A stretch of DNA of 64,000 nt from an uncultured bacterium. Its GTDB lineage: Bacteria; Chloroflexota; UBA5177; JANWHV01. How positions within the stretch are numbered: the stretch's first letter is position 1; each line of letters opens with the position of its first letter. The position numbers and the translations under genes are program-made. The notes beneath the pieces are model-generated. The model was given only the letters and a program-made list of their open reading frames with translations. It ran no database searches and was not told the origin of the DNA. Shown piece after piece: positions 1 through 9,882 of this stretch. The stretch is taken from NCBI GenBank assembly GCA_963729625.1, contig CAVSOU010000008.1, forward strand, positions 800,001 to 864,000, given 5' to 3'.

Positions 1-1392
1 CCGAGCACAATCATCGAGCCGTTTCGCATCAAGTCAATTGAGCCCATACATCCCACCACGCCCGAGCACCGACGCGCGGCGCTCGAAGCGGCGGGATTCA
101 ACCTGTTTCTGCTCCATGCCGACGACGTAACAATCGACCTGCTCACCGATTCCGGTACAGGGGCAATGAGCTCCGCTCAGTGGGGCGGCATGCTGCAGGG
201 CGACGAAAGCTACGCGGGCAGCAGATCGTTCTACAGATTGCAGGCCGCGGTCGAGCAGATCACTGGATTCAAGCACGTGATTCCCACGCACCAGGGACGC
301 GCGGCTGAACGCATCCTGTTTGGCACTGTATGCAAGCCGGGGAATGTGGTACCAAGTAACTCGCACTTCGACACGACGCGCGCCAATATCGAGGTCGTGG
401 GCGCCGAAGCGCGCGACCTGGTGATTGCCGAAGGCCGGCAGGCGTCCGTGCTGCATCCATTCAAGGGCAATATAGATCTGCATGCACTCGAAGACACGCT
501 GCGGACGGTTGGACGGGAGTACATCCCGCTGTGCATGATCACGGTCACCAACAACGCGGGCGGTGGTCAGCCGGTGAGCATGGCAAATATACGCGCCGCG
601 AGCGAATTGTGCCACTCATACGGGATCCCTTTCTTCATCGACGCGTGCCGATTCGCGGAGAACGCATGGTTCATCAAGCAGCGAGAGTCCGGTTACGCGG
701 ACAAGTCACCGCAGGAGATCGCGCGAGAAATGTTCAGCCATGCCGACGGCTGCACCATGAGCGCAAAGAAAGACGGGATGTCGAACATCGGCGGCTTCCT
801 GGCCCTGAACGATGACACGTGGGCCGAACGCGCAAAGAATCTGCTGATACTTTCGGAGGGCTTCCCCACGTACGGCGGGCTCGCCGGCTACGACATGGAA
901 GCCATAGCCACCGGCCTCTTTGAGGCGCTTGAGGATGATTACCTGCGGTATCGCATTCGATCGATAGAGTATCTGGGGGACAGGCTGACCAGGAGTGGGA
1001 TACCGATCGTCCTGCCAACCGGTGGTCACGCCGTGTACATCGACGCCGCCGCCATGCTTCCACATATCCCGGCCCGCCTCTACCCGGCCCAAGCGCTCTG
1101 CGTCGCGCTCTACCAGGCGGCCGGTATTCGCAGCGTCGAGATCGGCAGCGTGATGTTCGGGAGACCCAAGCCGGATGGAACGGAGGAGCCGGCGCGGACA
1201 GAGCTGGTACGACTGGCGTTTCCGCGCCGCACGTATACGCAGAGTCACGTGGACTACGTTGGAGAGGCACTGGCGTATGTGGCGGAGCACCGCGAGCAGA
1301 TTCGCGGACTGCGCATTGTCTGGCAGGCGCCAATGCTCAGGCACTTCACCGTGCGCCTTGCACTCGCGGCCGGGGAGGCGGGAGGCGTGTGA
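1..1392 (+). CDS. tnaA: Tryptophanase / tyrosine phenol-lyase family PLP enzyme (5' partial)
   Basis: Frame is open from base 1 (PSTIIEPFRIKSIEPI...IDLLTDSGTGAMS...GDESYAGSRSF). Motifs PTHQGRAAE, DACRFAENA, PLP lysine MSAKKD, EGFPTYGGL. Trp versus Tyr specificity not resolved. Confidence 0.85.
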   Translation, partial: PSTIIEPFRIKSIEPIHPTTPEHRRAALEAAGFNLFLLHADDVTIDLLTDSGTGAMSSAQWGGMLQGDESYAGSRSFYRLQAAVEQITGFKHVIPTHQGRAAERILFGTVCKPGNVVPSNSHFDTTRANIEVVGAEARDLVIAEGRQASVLHPFKGNIDLHALEDTLRTVGREYIPLCMITVTNNAGGGQPVSMANIRAASELCHSYGIPFFIDACRFAENAWFIKQRESGYADKSPQEIAREMFSHADGCTMSAKKDGMSNIGGFLALNDDTWAERAKNLLILSEGFPTYGGLAGYDMEAIATGLFEALEDDYLRYRIRSIEYLGDRLTRSGIPIVLPTGGHAVYIDAAAMLPHIPARLYPAQALCVALYQAAGIRSVEIGSVMFGRPKPDGTEEPARTELVRLAFPRRTYTQSHVDYVGEALAYVAEHREQIRGLRIVWQAPMLRHFTVRLALAAGEAGGV

Positions 1393-1592
1393 GCAGCCTG
1401 GCTCGCGTGGTGATGCACACGCTCGCTTCAGGGCACTCACCCCAAGGGTGGGCGTCGTGGGTCGCGCCTTCACATTGCCTCTGCCGCCGCGTACTGTGAG
1501 AGGGAGCGCGTGTGACCGATGACCTGCTCGTCGGGCCACAGTATCATTTGCTGAGGGGGCTCGTAGATGTGCCATAGTGCCGCGCGGGCGCC

Positions 1593-1841
1593 GTGCAGAA
1601 CGAACGCGTGCTCTTCAAGGAACACAGTATCGTGACATCGCTGGATCGGAAGTTCGTCGAGGACTTTGAACGGCTCATGCAGGAGGTTGAGCAGGTAATT
1701 CAGGAGTTTCCGCCTGAAATGCACCCGGCACTGCGCGACGAGGCGCGCGTGACCTTCCGTCTGGAGCTCCAAAGGCGCTGGGAAGAGTTGCAGGTGCGGC
1801 TTGAAGGCATGCGCGGCGACTCTTCAGGGCCCGCGGGCTAA
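1593..1841 (+). CDS. Small hypothetical helical protein
   Basis: 82-aa ORF with protein-like charged, amphipathic composition; no family recognised. Confidence 0.5.
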   Translation: MQNERVLFKEHSIVTSLDRKFVEDFERLMQEVEQVIQEFPPEMHPALRDEARVTFRLELQRRWEELQVRLEGMRGDSSGPAG

Positions 1842-1989
1842 ACGAGCTTTTTGGGCTCAACCAGGTCGCGATTGCGAACAGTCATGGTATGGTGGAATCG
1901 CGGCAACCGCTAGTTCCCGCCTCGATACGTCCCCCCTCTGTCCCGCGAACAACGACCGGGCATGTAGTCGGAGCACCACGACCACGTGC

Positions 1990-2922
1990 TCAGGCAGGCA
2001 TGGCCCCTCGCGCCAGCAGAGCGCCAACCCGTTCGGCGCTGAGCGCGCCGGTGCCGCCGACATGCGCGGCGGTGAGCGCGCCGCATGCATTGCCCCGCAA
2101 CACACAGGCAGCAAGATTGTCGCCGGCCATCCACCCGTTCAGGAACCCGGCGTCGAAGGCATCGCCTGCGCCTGTCGTGTCGCGGGCGCTCACGGCAAAG
2201 CCGGGCACGAACACACGTTCGTCTCCATGCGCAGCCCACGCGCCATCGGCTCCGCACTTGATGGCGACCACCGGCACCAGCCCTGCGAGACGGGACAGAG
2301 CGTCCTCGACATCTACAGCGCCACTGATTGCGAGCGCTTCAACATGGTTCGGCAAGAAGATATCGACTTGCTCGAGCAACTCGCCGATCTTCCATTGTTC
2401 GGCCGGGTCGTGGCCCGTGTCGACCGAGGTAGTGAGGCCCAGCCCATGCGCGTGCCTGAGTAGCGCCGGAACGTCTGGTTGCAGGCCCACTTGCAGGAAA
2501 TAGGAGGACAGATGCAGGTGGCGGGCCCTTGCGATCACGTCGGCACGAATATGTGGAAGGCCAAATCTGGCCATGGCGCCTGGAAAGGTGAGGAAGGCAC
2601 GATCATGCTCCCCCGAGAGCGCCACGGTAGCGCCGGTTCGTGTCTTGCTGTCAACGACTACGCCGGCACGATCGATGCGGTGGCCCTCCAGGTGCTCGAG
2701 CATGTAGTGTCCGAACGGATCATCTCCGACCATGCCGCAGACGCCGACGCGCATATCAAGATCGGCCAGGCCCGTAGCGGTCAAGACCCCGCTGGAGCCT
2801 GCGGTCAGGACGACGTCGCTGACGGTGCGCTCCGCGCCAAATCGGGGCGGTCCATCCACACCGGCGACGACAATGTCTACGTTGACTTCGCAGACTACCA
2901 CGATGTCGAGATCCTTGCTCAT
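1990..2922 (-). CDS. PfkB family carbohydrate kinase
   Basis: C-terminal PfkB signature DTTGAGDAFDAGF; ATG at 2922 preceded by GGAG. Confidence 0.9.
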   Translation of the reverse strand: MSKDLDIVVVCEVNVDIVVAGVDGPPRFGAERTVSDVVLTAGSSGVLTATGLADLDMRVGVCGMVGDDPFGHYMLEHLEGHRIDRAGVVVDSKTRTGATVALSGEHDRAFLTFPGAMARFGLPHIRADVIARARHLHLSSYFLQVGLQPDVPALLRHAHGLGLTTSVDTGHDPAEQWKIGELLEQVDIFLPNHVEALAISGAVDVEDALSRLAGLVPVVAIKCGADGAWAAHGDERVFVPGFAVSARDTTGAGDAFDAGFLNGWMAGDNLAACVLRGNACGALTAAHVGGTGALSAERVGALLARGAMPA

Positions 2923-3234
2923 GTTCACTCCAGGTGCCACGAGATGCCGCAATGCCCGGTCGCGCCACGGGCCACGCCGAAACTTTGATACAGATCGTAA
3001 CTATCTCCCGCTATAGTACGGCAGGCCGTGCCCAGAGCACAACTGCCCGTCCGCTGCGGAACGTTTGAAGGATGCCGCGCGGCGCGCGCCGTGGCGCTCT
3101 GCAATCGCAGTGACCTGTACATGCGCGGCGCGATCCTCGGCCCGACTGGTTCCATCGACGGCGGGCGGACAGCGGGCGTGGTCGAGGCGCTGCCCGGCCG
3201 CGCAGAATCGAGAGCATTCGGGCGCGGCGTGTGG

Positions 3235-3263
3235 TTGACTCTGCTCGATACGGCGCATATGCT
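3235..3263 (+). promoter_or_regulatory. Putative sigma70 promoter of the sugar ABC operon
   Basis: TTGACT-N17-TATGCT about 80 bp upstream of the binding-protein start. Confidence 0.55.
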
Positions 3264-3340
3264 GGTGCTGCGCAATACGTTGGTGGTTGCCGCGGCACCA
3301 TGCCATCCGCGGCGTCGAGTCTCGCAAGGAGGTCTCGCAG

Positions 3341-4669
3341 ATGGTCCCCGTCCGTTCCCGAGCCGCCCGCGTGGCCATGGCAAGCGTTGTCCTGCTCTTG
3401 GCAGTTGCAGTGCCAGTCGACGTGAGAGCACAGCGGAGCACCAGCCCAATCACCATCTCTTATGGGCGCTGGGGGACTGCCGACGAGATCGCGGCCGGCA
3501 GGGTCCTGCTTTCCGCATTCCAGCAAGCGAATCCCGGCATCCGCGTAAGCCAGCAGGTGGCCGACTGGACCACGTACTGGACCAAGTTGCCGACGCAGAT
3601 GGCGGCGCACCAAGCGCCCGACGCATTTCTCCTCGACCCCGGTTACTACCAGGTTCACTATGCGCAGAGCGGGCGACTCGTGCCGCTGGACGATCTCATC
3701 GCTCGCGATCACATCGATATGAGCCAGTTCTGGCCGGAAGAGCTGCCAACGTTCAAGTACGACCGCCACTACTACGAGTTGCCTCGCGACATCTCGATTA
3801 ACATGCTGCTGTGGAATAAGACGTTGTTCGCGAAGGCCGGGATCGCGCGCGCGCCGTCCAGCTGGCAGGAGTTGCTCGCCGACGGGCTGAAGCTGACGCT
3901 GGACAACAAGGGCAAGAGCGCCACTCAGCCGGGGTTCGATTCCAGCCATATCGTGCAATGGGGCTACGGCAGCATCGAGTATCTGGACGGTATTGTCGAG
4001 CCGCTGATGACCGAGATGGGCGGCCATCTCTGGAGCCAACCAGAGACTGGAAACAACGTGCAGTGCCTGATCGACTCGCCGCAGGGCAGGCAGGCCGTGC
4101 AGTTCCTCGTCGACCTGATCTACAAGTACCACGCCTCGCCCACCACCACCGAAACTGGGCATTACCAGAACATCTTCGCCTCGGGCAAGGTTGCGATGTA
4201 TATTGACGGCACCTTCGACCTGCCGGTCTATCAGGCCATTCATAACTTCCAATGGGATATTGCAGCCTTTCCGTCATGGAACGGCGTGCGCGCCTCAATG
4301 GCGCAGGGCGTCGGCAACGCCATCAACGCCGATTCATCGAACAAGGCCGCAGCCTGGGCATTGGTGAAGTGGCTTTCCAGCTCTGCCGGGCAGGGCGTAA
4401 TGTCCGCGAATGGCCTCAATATCCCGTCGATTCGGACCCTGGCAGAGTCGGCGGCGTTTCTGAAAGGCAAGCCCTCTGGCATGAGGTCGGTCGTGAGCTC
4501 GATCACCGTCGGCGTTCCCTATCTTGACTTCACGTACAAGCAGGACGCGTTCACGTATGTCGATACCGAGCTGACCAATCAGGTGTTCACCGGCCACGAA
4601 AGCGTGGCGAGCGGGCTACAAAAGGCAGCCGACGGCGCGAACAAGATCTTGCGTGGACGCCATGTCTAG
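3341..4669 (+). CDS. Sugar ABC transporter substrate-binding protein
   Basis: AAGGAGG RBS, signal peptide, family-1 SBP motifs (FASGKVAMYIDG, AAWALVKWL); upstream of two permeases. Confidence 0.9.
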   Translation: MVPVRSRAARVAMASVVLLLAVAVPVDVRAQRSTSPITISYGRWGTADEIAAGRVLLSAFQQANPGIRVSQQVADWTTYWTKLPTQMAAHQAPDAFLLDPGYYQVHYAQSGRLVPLDDLIARDHIDMSQFWPEELPTFKYDRHYYELPRDISINMLLWNKTLFAKAGIARAPSSWQELLADGLKLTLDNKGKSATQPGFDSSHIVQWGYGSIEYLDGIVEPLMTEMGGHLWSQPETGNNVQCLIDSPQGRQAVQFLVDLIYKYHASPTTTETGHYQNIFASGKVAMYIDGTFDLPVYQAIHNFQWDIAAFPSWNGVRASMAQGVGNAINADSSNKAAAWALVKWLSSSAGQGVMSANGLNIPSIRTLAESAAFLKGKPSGMRSVVSSITVGVPYLDFTYKQDAFTYVDTELTNQVFTGHESVASGLQKAADGANKILRGRHV

Positions 4670-4704
4670 ACCCTGCCGACAATGAACGGCATGGGGAGTG
4701 CGGG

Positions 4705-5631
4705 ATGAGGTCTAGGCAGACACGGCCTCGCGTGAGTACGGCGCGGCGCCGCGAGACCTTGGCGTTCTATGCCTTTGCCTCCCCCTGGCTGCTGGGGTTG
4801 GTCATCTGGACACTGGGGCCTATGGTGGCCTCGCTCTACCTCAGTTTCACGAACTACGATCTCTTCGATACGCCGCAGTGGATTGGCTGGCAGAACTACA
4901 GCGACCTGCTGACGAGCGACGATGCATTCCGCTCAGCGCTCCTCAACACCTTCTACTTCGTGGTCGTGGGGCTGCCCATTAGCCTCATCGTGTCGCTCGC
5001 CACTGCGCTGCTCCTCAACGAGCGGCTGCGCGGTATCGTCTTCTTCCGAGCACTCTACTACGTTCCAAGTCTGGTACCGTCGGTGGCCAGCGGCGTGCTC
5101 TGGATCACACTCTTCGATCCGCAATACGGCATTCTCGATGGCGCCCTGCGATTCCTTCACCTGCCCAGCGTGGATTGGCTGACCGACCCCATGTGGATCA
5201 AGCCGGCGATCATTATCACGCTTGTGTGGGGCATGGGCAGCGGGATGATCATCTATCTGGCCGGTCTACAGAATGTTCCCGAGCAGTTTTACGAGGCAGC
5301 CAAGATCGATGGCGCGGGTGCGTTCGGTCGCTTTCGCCACGTGACGCTCCCACTGCTGACGCCGACGATCCTTTTTCAGGTAGTCATGGGTCTGATCGGC
5401 TACTTCCAGTTGTTCGACCAAATCTACGTGCTCACGACGAATCGACCGGACGACAATTCCATGACGTTCATGTATTACCTCTTCCGAACCGCGTTTGGCA
5501 GCGAAAGCAACGAGATGGGCTACGCCTCGGCGCAGGCCTGGGTCTTCTTCGTGATCGTCATGGTGTGCACAGCAATGGTGTTCAAGTCGTCGGCCCGATG
5601 GGTCTTCTACGAGAGGGGTGCGAACGAGTGA
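4705..5631 (+). CDS. Carbohydrate ABC transporter permease
   Basis: TM helices and EAA motif YEAAKIDGA. Confidence 0.92.
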   Translation: MRSRQTRPRVSTARRRETLAFYAFASPWLLGLVIWTLGPMVASLYLSFTNYDLFDTPQWIGWQNYSDLLTSDDAFRSALLNTFYFVVVGLPISLIVSLATALLLNERLRGIVFFRALYYVPSLVPSVASGVLWITLFDPQYGILDGALRFLHLPSVDWLTDPMWIKPAIIITLVWGMGSGMIIYLAGLQNVPEQFYEAAKIDGAGAFGRFRHVTLPLLTPTILFQVVMGLIGYFQLFDQIYVLTTNRPDDNSMTFMYYLFRTAFGSESNEMGYASAQAWVFFVIVMVCTAMVFKSSARWVFYERGANE

Positions 5632-6524
5632 GCGCCGCACACGTTGTTGGCGCCGCGGCCGGCCCGTCCAACCGCCCGGCACGGAGCCGGCGCTGGAGAC
5701 GTTCGGCCTTGCACTACGTGCTGCTGGGCCTGGGCGGGCTGGTCTTTGGGCTTCCGTTCTATTGGCTGATAATCGGCTCGCTGAAGAATCAAGCCGAATA
5801 CAATCAGTTTCCGCCCACGCTCTGGCCACATAGCCCCGCCTGGGACAACTATCGCACGCTGTTCGAGGCGCTGCCCTTTGGACGATTCCTGCTCAACAGC
5901 GCCATTATCTCCTGCTCGGTGGTCGTTGGCATAGTGGGGTCCTCGGCGGTAGTTGCTTTCGCTTTTGCCCGATTGCGCGCTCCAGGTCGCCGCATATGGT
6001 TCGCGATCTTGCTGGGCACGATCATCCTTCCCGCGCAGATCACGATCGTGCCCACGTTTGTGCTGTTTTCCAAGCTTGGATGGCTCAATAGCTTCAAGCC
6101 GCTCATCGTGCCGAACTTCTTTGGCGACGCGTTTTCAATCTTCCTCATACGCCAGTTCTTCCAGGGCATCCCGCGCGACCTCGACGAAGCCGCGACGCTT
6201 GACGGCTGTGGCTACGCCAGGATCTTCTGGCACGTCTTCGTGCCGAATTCCTGGCCAGTACTGGCGACAGTGGGCATCTTTGCATTCATCAACACGTGGA
6301 GCGACTTCTTTGCACCGCTGATTTACCTCAACGATTTCGACAAGATGACGTCTTCGGTCGGGCTGGCATTCCTGAACACGCAGCATGGCAGCGGCTCCAC
6401 GGCGCTGACGGTGCAGGTGATGCTTGCCGGGTCGCTCGTTGTCATGCTCCCGATGCTGGCAGTGTTTATTCTGCTTCAGCGCTACTTTGTGCAGGCGATT
6501 ACACTCAGTGGGATAAAGGGCTAA
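5628..6524 (+). CDS. Carbohydrate ABC transporter permease
   Basis: GTG start overlaps the upstream TGA; EAA motif LDEAATLDG; QRYFVQAITLSGIKG C-terminus. Confidence 0.92.
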   Translation: MSAAHVVGAAAGPSNRPARSRRWRRSALHYVLLGLGGLVFGLPFYWLIIGSLKNQAEYNQFPPTLWPHSPAWDNYRTLFEALPFGRFLLNSAIISCSVVVGIVGSSAVVAFAFARLRAPGRRIWFAILLGTIILPAQITIVPTFVLFSKLGWLNSFKPLIVPNFFGDAFSIFLIRQFFQGIPRDLDEAATLDGCGYARIFWHVFVPNSWPVLATVGIFAFINTWSDFFAPLIYLNDFDKMTSSVGLAFLNTQHGSGSTALTVQVMLAGSLVVMLPMLAVFILLQRYFVQAITLSGIKG

Positions 6525-6538
6525 TGAAGGAGACGGAC

Positions 6539-7849
6539 ATGGAGAAAGCACCAAAGATAGCATTCGTAGGCGCCGGCAGTGCCGTGTTTGCGCGTGAGGT
6601 CATTACCGACCTGCTGATGATCGATGGTCTGGACGCAGGTACGCTAGCGCTCGTCGACGTCGATTCGGAGCGGCTCGAGCTGGCGCAGCGGATCGTCGAA
6701 CGCCTCGTGGATCTCGGTGGAAAACGCTGGAGCGTGGTTGCCTCGACCGACAGGACACAGGTGATCGCGGACAGCGACTTCATGATCAATAGCATCGAGG
6801 TCGCGGGTTTGGCCAATGTACGGCATGACTACGATATCCCGCTTAAATACGGCGTCGATCAGTGCATCGGCGACACCATTGGGCCCGGCGGTATCTTCAA
6901 GGCGCTCCGGACCGGCGCGGCGTGGCTCGATATCCTTCGGGATGCCGAGAAGCTCTGCCCGGAAGCGCTGGTGATGAACTTTGCCAACCCCATGCAGATC
7001 CTGACGTTGGTTGCCTTGAGCGGAACACAGATGAACACGGTCGGCCTGTGTCACAGTATTCAGGGCACCAGCGCCGATCTGGCCGGGTACCTGGAGATTC
7101 CGGCCAGAGAGCTGGAGTTCCGCTGCGCCGGGCTCAACCATAACGCGTGGTTCACCGAGCTTCGCAGAGCAGGCGAAGACCTGTATCCGCGGCTGCGCGA
7201 GCGGGCCGAACTCCCAGAGGTGTATGAGCAAGATCCCATTCGCTTTGAGATGTTGAAGTACTTCGGCTACTTCGTGACTGAAAGCAGTGGTCACTTCTCG
7301 GAGTATGTGCCGTATTTCCGCAAACGTCCGGATCTGGTGAAGAAGTACGCGCGCGCCGGCTACCGAGGCGAGAGCGGGTTCTACGCCGATAATTGGCCCG
7401 CGTGGCGGCGAGAGAACGACGACGACATCCGGGCCATGCTGGCGGGCACTCGCGCGATCCCGCTGGAACGCAGCGAAGAATACGCCGCCGGGGTCGTCGA
7501 GGCGATTCTGTTCAATCGCCAGACCACGATCTACGGCAACGTACGCAACACCGGGTTGATCGGCAATCTGCCAGATGGTTGCGTGGAGGTGGCCTGCATG
7601 GTCGATGCGACCGGCGTGCATCCATGCTACTTCGGGACATTGCCGGAGCAGGTTGCCGCGCTGAATCGGGCGCACATGGCCGTGCATACGCTGGTGGCCG
7701 AGGCCATCCTGCGACGCGATCGCCAGGCTGCGGAGTATGCGCTGCTGCTGGACCCGCTTACAGCCGCCGTTTGCTCGCCCGCGGAGATCCACGCGCTCTT
7801 TGACGAGCTGTGGGAGGCAGAAGCACCGTACCTGGAATGGTTCTTATAG
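6539..7849 (+). CDS. Glycoside hydrolase family 4 (alpha-galactosidase/glucosidase, MelA-like)
   Basis: KIAFVGAGS Rossmann motif, PLKYGVDQCIGDTIGPGG, GLCHS, GLNH, TESSGHFSEY; AAGGAG RBS. Confidence 0.9.
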   Translation: MEKAPKIAFVGAGSAVFAREVITDLLMIDGLDAGTLALVDVDSERLELAQRIVERLVDLGGKRWSVVASTDRTQVIADSDFMINSIEVAGLANVRHDYDIPLKYGVDQCIGDTIGPGGIFKALRTGAAWLDILRDAEKLCPEALVMNFANPMQILTLVALSGTQMNTVGLCHSIQGTSADLAGYLEIPARELEFRCAGLNHNAWFTELRRAGEDLYPRLRERAELPEVYEQDPIRFEMLKYFGYFVTESSGHFSEYVPYFRKRPDLVKKYARAGYRGESGFYADNWPAWRRENDDDIRAMLAGTRAIPLERSEEYAAGVVEAILFNRQTTIYGNVRNTGLIGNLPDGCVEVACMVDATGVHPCYFGTLPEQVAALNRAHMAVHTLVAEAILRRDRQAAEYALLLDPLTAAVCSPAEIHALFDELWEAEAPYLEWFL

Positions 7850-7989
7850 GGCAGAATTGAGCCGGGAGCCCTGATTTGCAGCGGCCCGACCGCAACCGTT
7901 CATGCCGGCGCGACAGCCCATGAAGTGACTTGGACTGCCGCGGCCCCGCCACGCGCCTTCAGGCGCAGGCAGGAAACGTGGCGCCCGAG

Positions 7990-8016
7990 CCCCATCTGCC
8001 CCACTTCTCCCCACTT
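7990..8016 (-). promoter_or_regulatory. Inverted second array of MraZ-box-like repeats
   Basis: Minus strand reads AGTGGGGAGAAGTGGGGCAGATGGGG, mirroring the array at 8311-8337. Confidence 0.55.
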
Positions 8017-8286
8017 TCTCGGCATCAAGTGGCGATCGGGGCTATGCTGAGCACAATTCCCTGGAGTGGAGGCCGGAATCTGTCTCCGCTGGAGCGATTG
8101 CCGGCCTACAAGGCGCGAAGGAGAGATCCAAAGTTGCGCGGGGTTCCTGCTCAGCACAGTTTTGCGAGAGAAAGGCGTTTTCGTCCTCTTATCACGGCTA
8201 AACGTGTCGAAATACGGGCCAGATTTCGCGGGGACGTGTCGAAAAAGAGGGTGACGAAGCTCTGGTGCAGCGGGAACGTCCAGGCG

Positions 8287-8340
8287 TATACTGACCTCAC
8301 TGTGGATAACAGTGGGGATAAGTGGGGCCAAATGGGGATA
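8287..8340 (+). promoter_or_regulatory. mraZ/dcw promoter: -10 element and MraZ binding boxes
   Basis: TATACT at 8287-8292, then GTGGA/GTGGG/GTGGG/ATGGG at 10-bp period, the known architecture of MraZ operators. Confidence 0.8.
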
Positions 8341-8359
8341 ACCGGGAGCCAATGAGTAC

Positions 8360-8797
8360 ATGTTCTTAGGTGAATTCGCGCACAGTCTGGACAGCAAGGG
8401 CCGTCTGGCCGTACCGGCCAGATTTCGCCTGCAATTGGGCGAGGGCGCGATCGTCACCCGTGGGCTCGACGGCTGCCTGGTGATCTATCCGGCACAAGAA
8501 TGGCAGGAGTACGCGGAGAAGCTGGACAAGCTGCCATCCACTCAGCCCGATGTGCGGAACTTCAAGCGATTCATTTTCTCCGGCGCGACGGAGTGCGAGT
8601 TCGATCGGCAGGGGCGTGTGCTCATTCCCGCGTTTCTGCGGGAGTACGCGGCGCTGGACGAGACCGCCGTCGTCGTGGGCCAGTACAGCAAAGTCGAGAT
8701 CTGGTCACAGGCGCGCTGGGATACAGCACGGCCCAAGGTAGAGGAAGACGGCGAGCAGATTGCCGAGCGGCTCTCTGGACTTGGGCTTGACATTTAG
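8360..8797 (+). CDS. mraZ: Division/cell-wall cluster transcriptional repressor MraZ
   Basis: MFLGEFAHSLDSKGRLAVPARFR and DRQGRVLIP: duplicated SpoVT/AbrB domains. Confidence 0.97.
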   Translation: MFLGEFAHSLDSKGRLAVPARFRLQLGEGAIVTRGLDGCLVIYPAQEWQEYAEKLDKLPSTQPDVRNFKRFIFSGATECEFDRQGRVLIPAFLREYAALDETAVVVGQYSKVEIWSQARWDTARPKVEEDGEQIAERLSGLGLDI

Positions 8798-8912
8798 CAG
8801 GGGCTCTGCCCGGTGCAATGGCGGAGGTGGATCGAAGCAGGGTCAGTATGGATCCAGCCAGCCATCAGGTTCCGGGCAAAGACCAGTGGGGTAAGGCAAC
8901 CAGGGAGGTGAC

Positions 8913-9842
8913 GTGGTCGCGGCAGAGCACATACCGGTGCTCTACCGGGAGACGCTTGAGGGACTAGCGCCGCGTGCAGGCGAACGCTATGTCGATTGCA
9001 CCGCTGGGAGCGGCGGGCATGCGGAAGGGATCCTGGTGGCAAGCGCGCCTGATGGCGCGCTGCTCGCCATGGATACCGACCCTGAGGCTGTCGGTCGTAC
9101 CCGGGTTCGCCTGCAGCGCTACGGGGCTCGAGCACGGGTCGTACAGAGCAATTTCCACGACCTTGAGCGAGTCGTCCAGCAGGCGGGGTGGGAGCAGGTC
9201 GACGGCATTCTCTTCGACCTTGGCGTAAGCAGCGTGCAGCTTGGGGTAGCTGATCGGGGTTTCAGCTTTCAGTTGGATGGCCCGCTCGATATGCGAATGG
9301 ATCCGTCTCGGGGACTCTCGGCGGCCGATCTCGTCAACTCGCTCGACGAGACTGAGTTGGCGAACGTATTTCGAGCATACGGCGAGGAGCCATTGGCAAG
9401 GCGTATCGCGGCGGTAATCGTTCGTGAACGAGGCAACAGGAGAATCGAGACGACAGCGAATCTGGCCGAGCTGATTGGAAGGGCAAAGATTCGAAGAGGT
9501 CGAATACATCCGGCGACCATGGTGTTTCAGTCACTGCGCATCGCCGTGAACGGCGAGCTTGAGAGCCTAACGGCGGCTTTGCCGCAAGCAGTGCGACTAT
9601 TGCGGCCCGGTGGACGGTTGGCGGTGATTGCCTTCCACTCGCTGGAGGATAGAATTGTGAAGCGATACCTACACGAGGAGGCAAAAGAGTGTCGATGTCC
9701 ACCACGACAGCCTATTTGCACCTGCAATCGGCAACCTCTTCTCCGATTGACCAATCGTCACGCCATCGTACCGGGAGAAAGCGAACGACTCGGAAATCCT
9801 CGCGCTCGAAGTGCAAAGTTGCGCACTGCGGTGCGGCTCTGA
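8913..9842 (+). CDS. rsmH: 16S rRNA m4C1402 methyltransferase RsmH (MraW)
   Basis: HIPVL, DCTAGSGGH, DLGVSS, GPLDMRMD, FHSLEDRIVK, NPRARSAKLR. Confidence 0.97.
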   Translation: MVAAEHIPVLYRETLEGLAPRAGERYVDCTAGSGGHAEGILVASAPDGALLAMDTDPEAVGRTRVRLQRYGARARVVQSNFHDLERVVQQAGWEQVDGILFDLGVSSVQLGVADRGFSFQLDGPLDMRMDPSRGLSAADLVNSLDETELANVFRAYGEEPLARRIAAVIVRERGNRRIETTANLAELIGRAKIRRGRIHPATMVFQSLRIAVNGELESLTAALPQAVRLLRPGGRLAVIAFHSLEDRIVKRYLHEEAKECRCPPRQPICTCNRQPLLRLTNRHAIVPGESERLGNPRARSAKLRTAVRL

Positions 9843-9882
9843 TACGCTGTTGTGGTATGTCGGATATGTGGGTAGGCGGCCG

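Noticed and set aside
3011-4252. Long antisense and alternative-frame ORFs, here and opposite most genes (e.g. 11163-12299, 37840-39123)
   Set aside because: They are shadow ORFs expected in high-GC DNA, overlap well-supported genes and show no motifs.
8807-8878. SRP (4.5S) RNA identity for the mraZ-rsmH hairpin
   Set aside because: GAAGCAG is present, but the domain IV arrangement CAGG...GGAA...AGCAG is not in the correct order.
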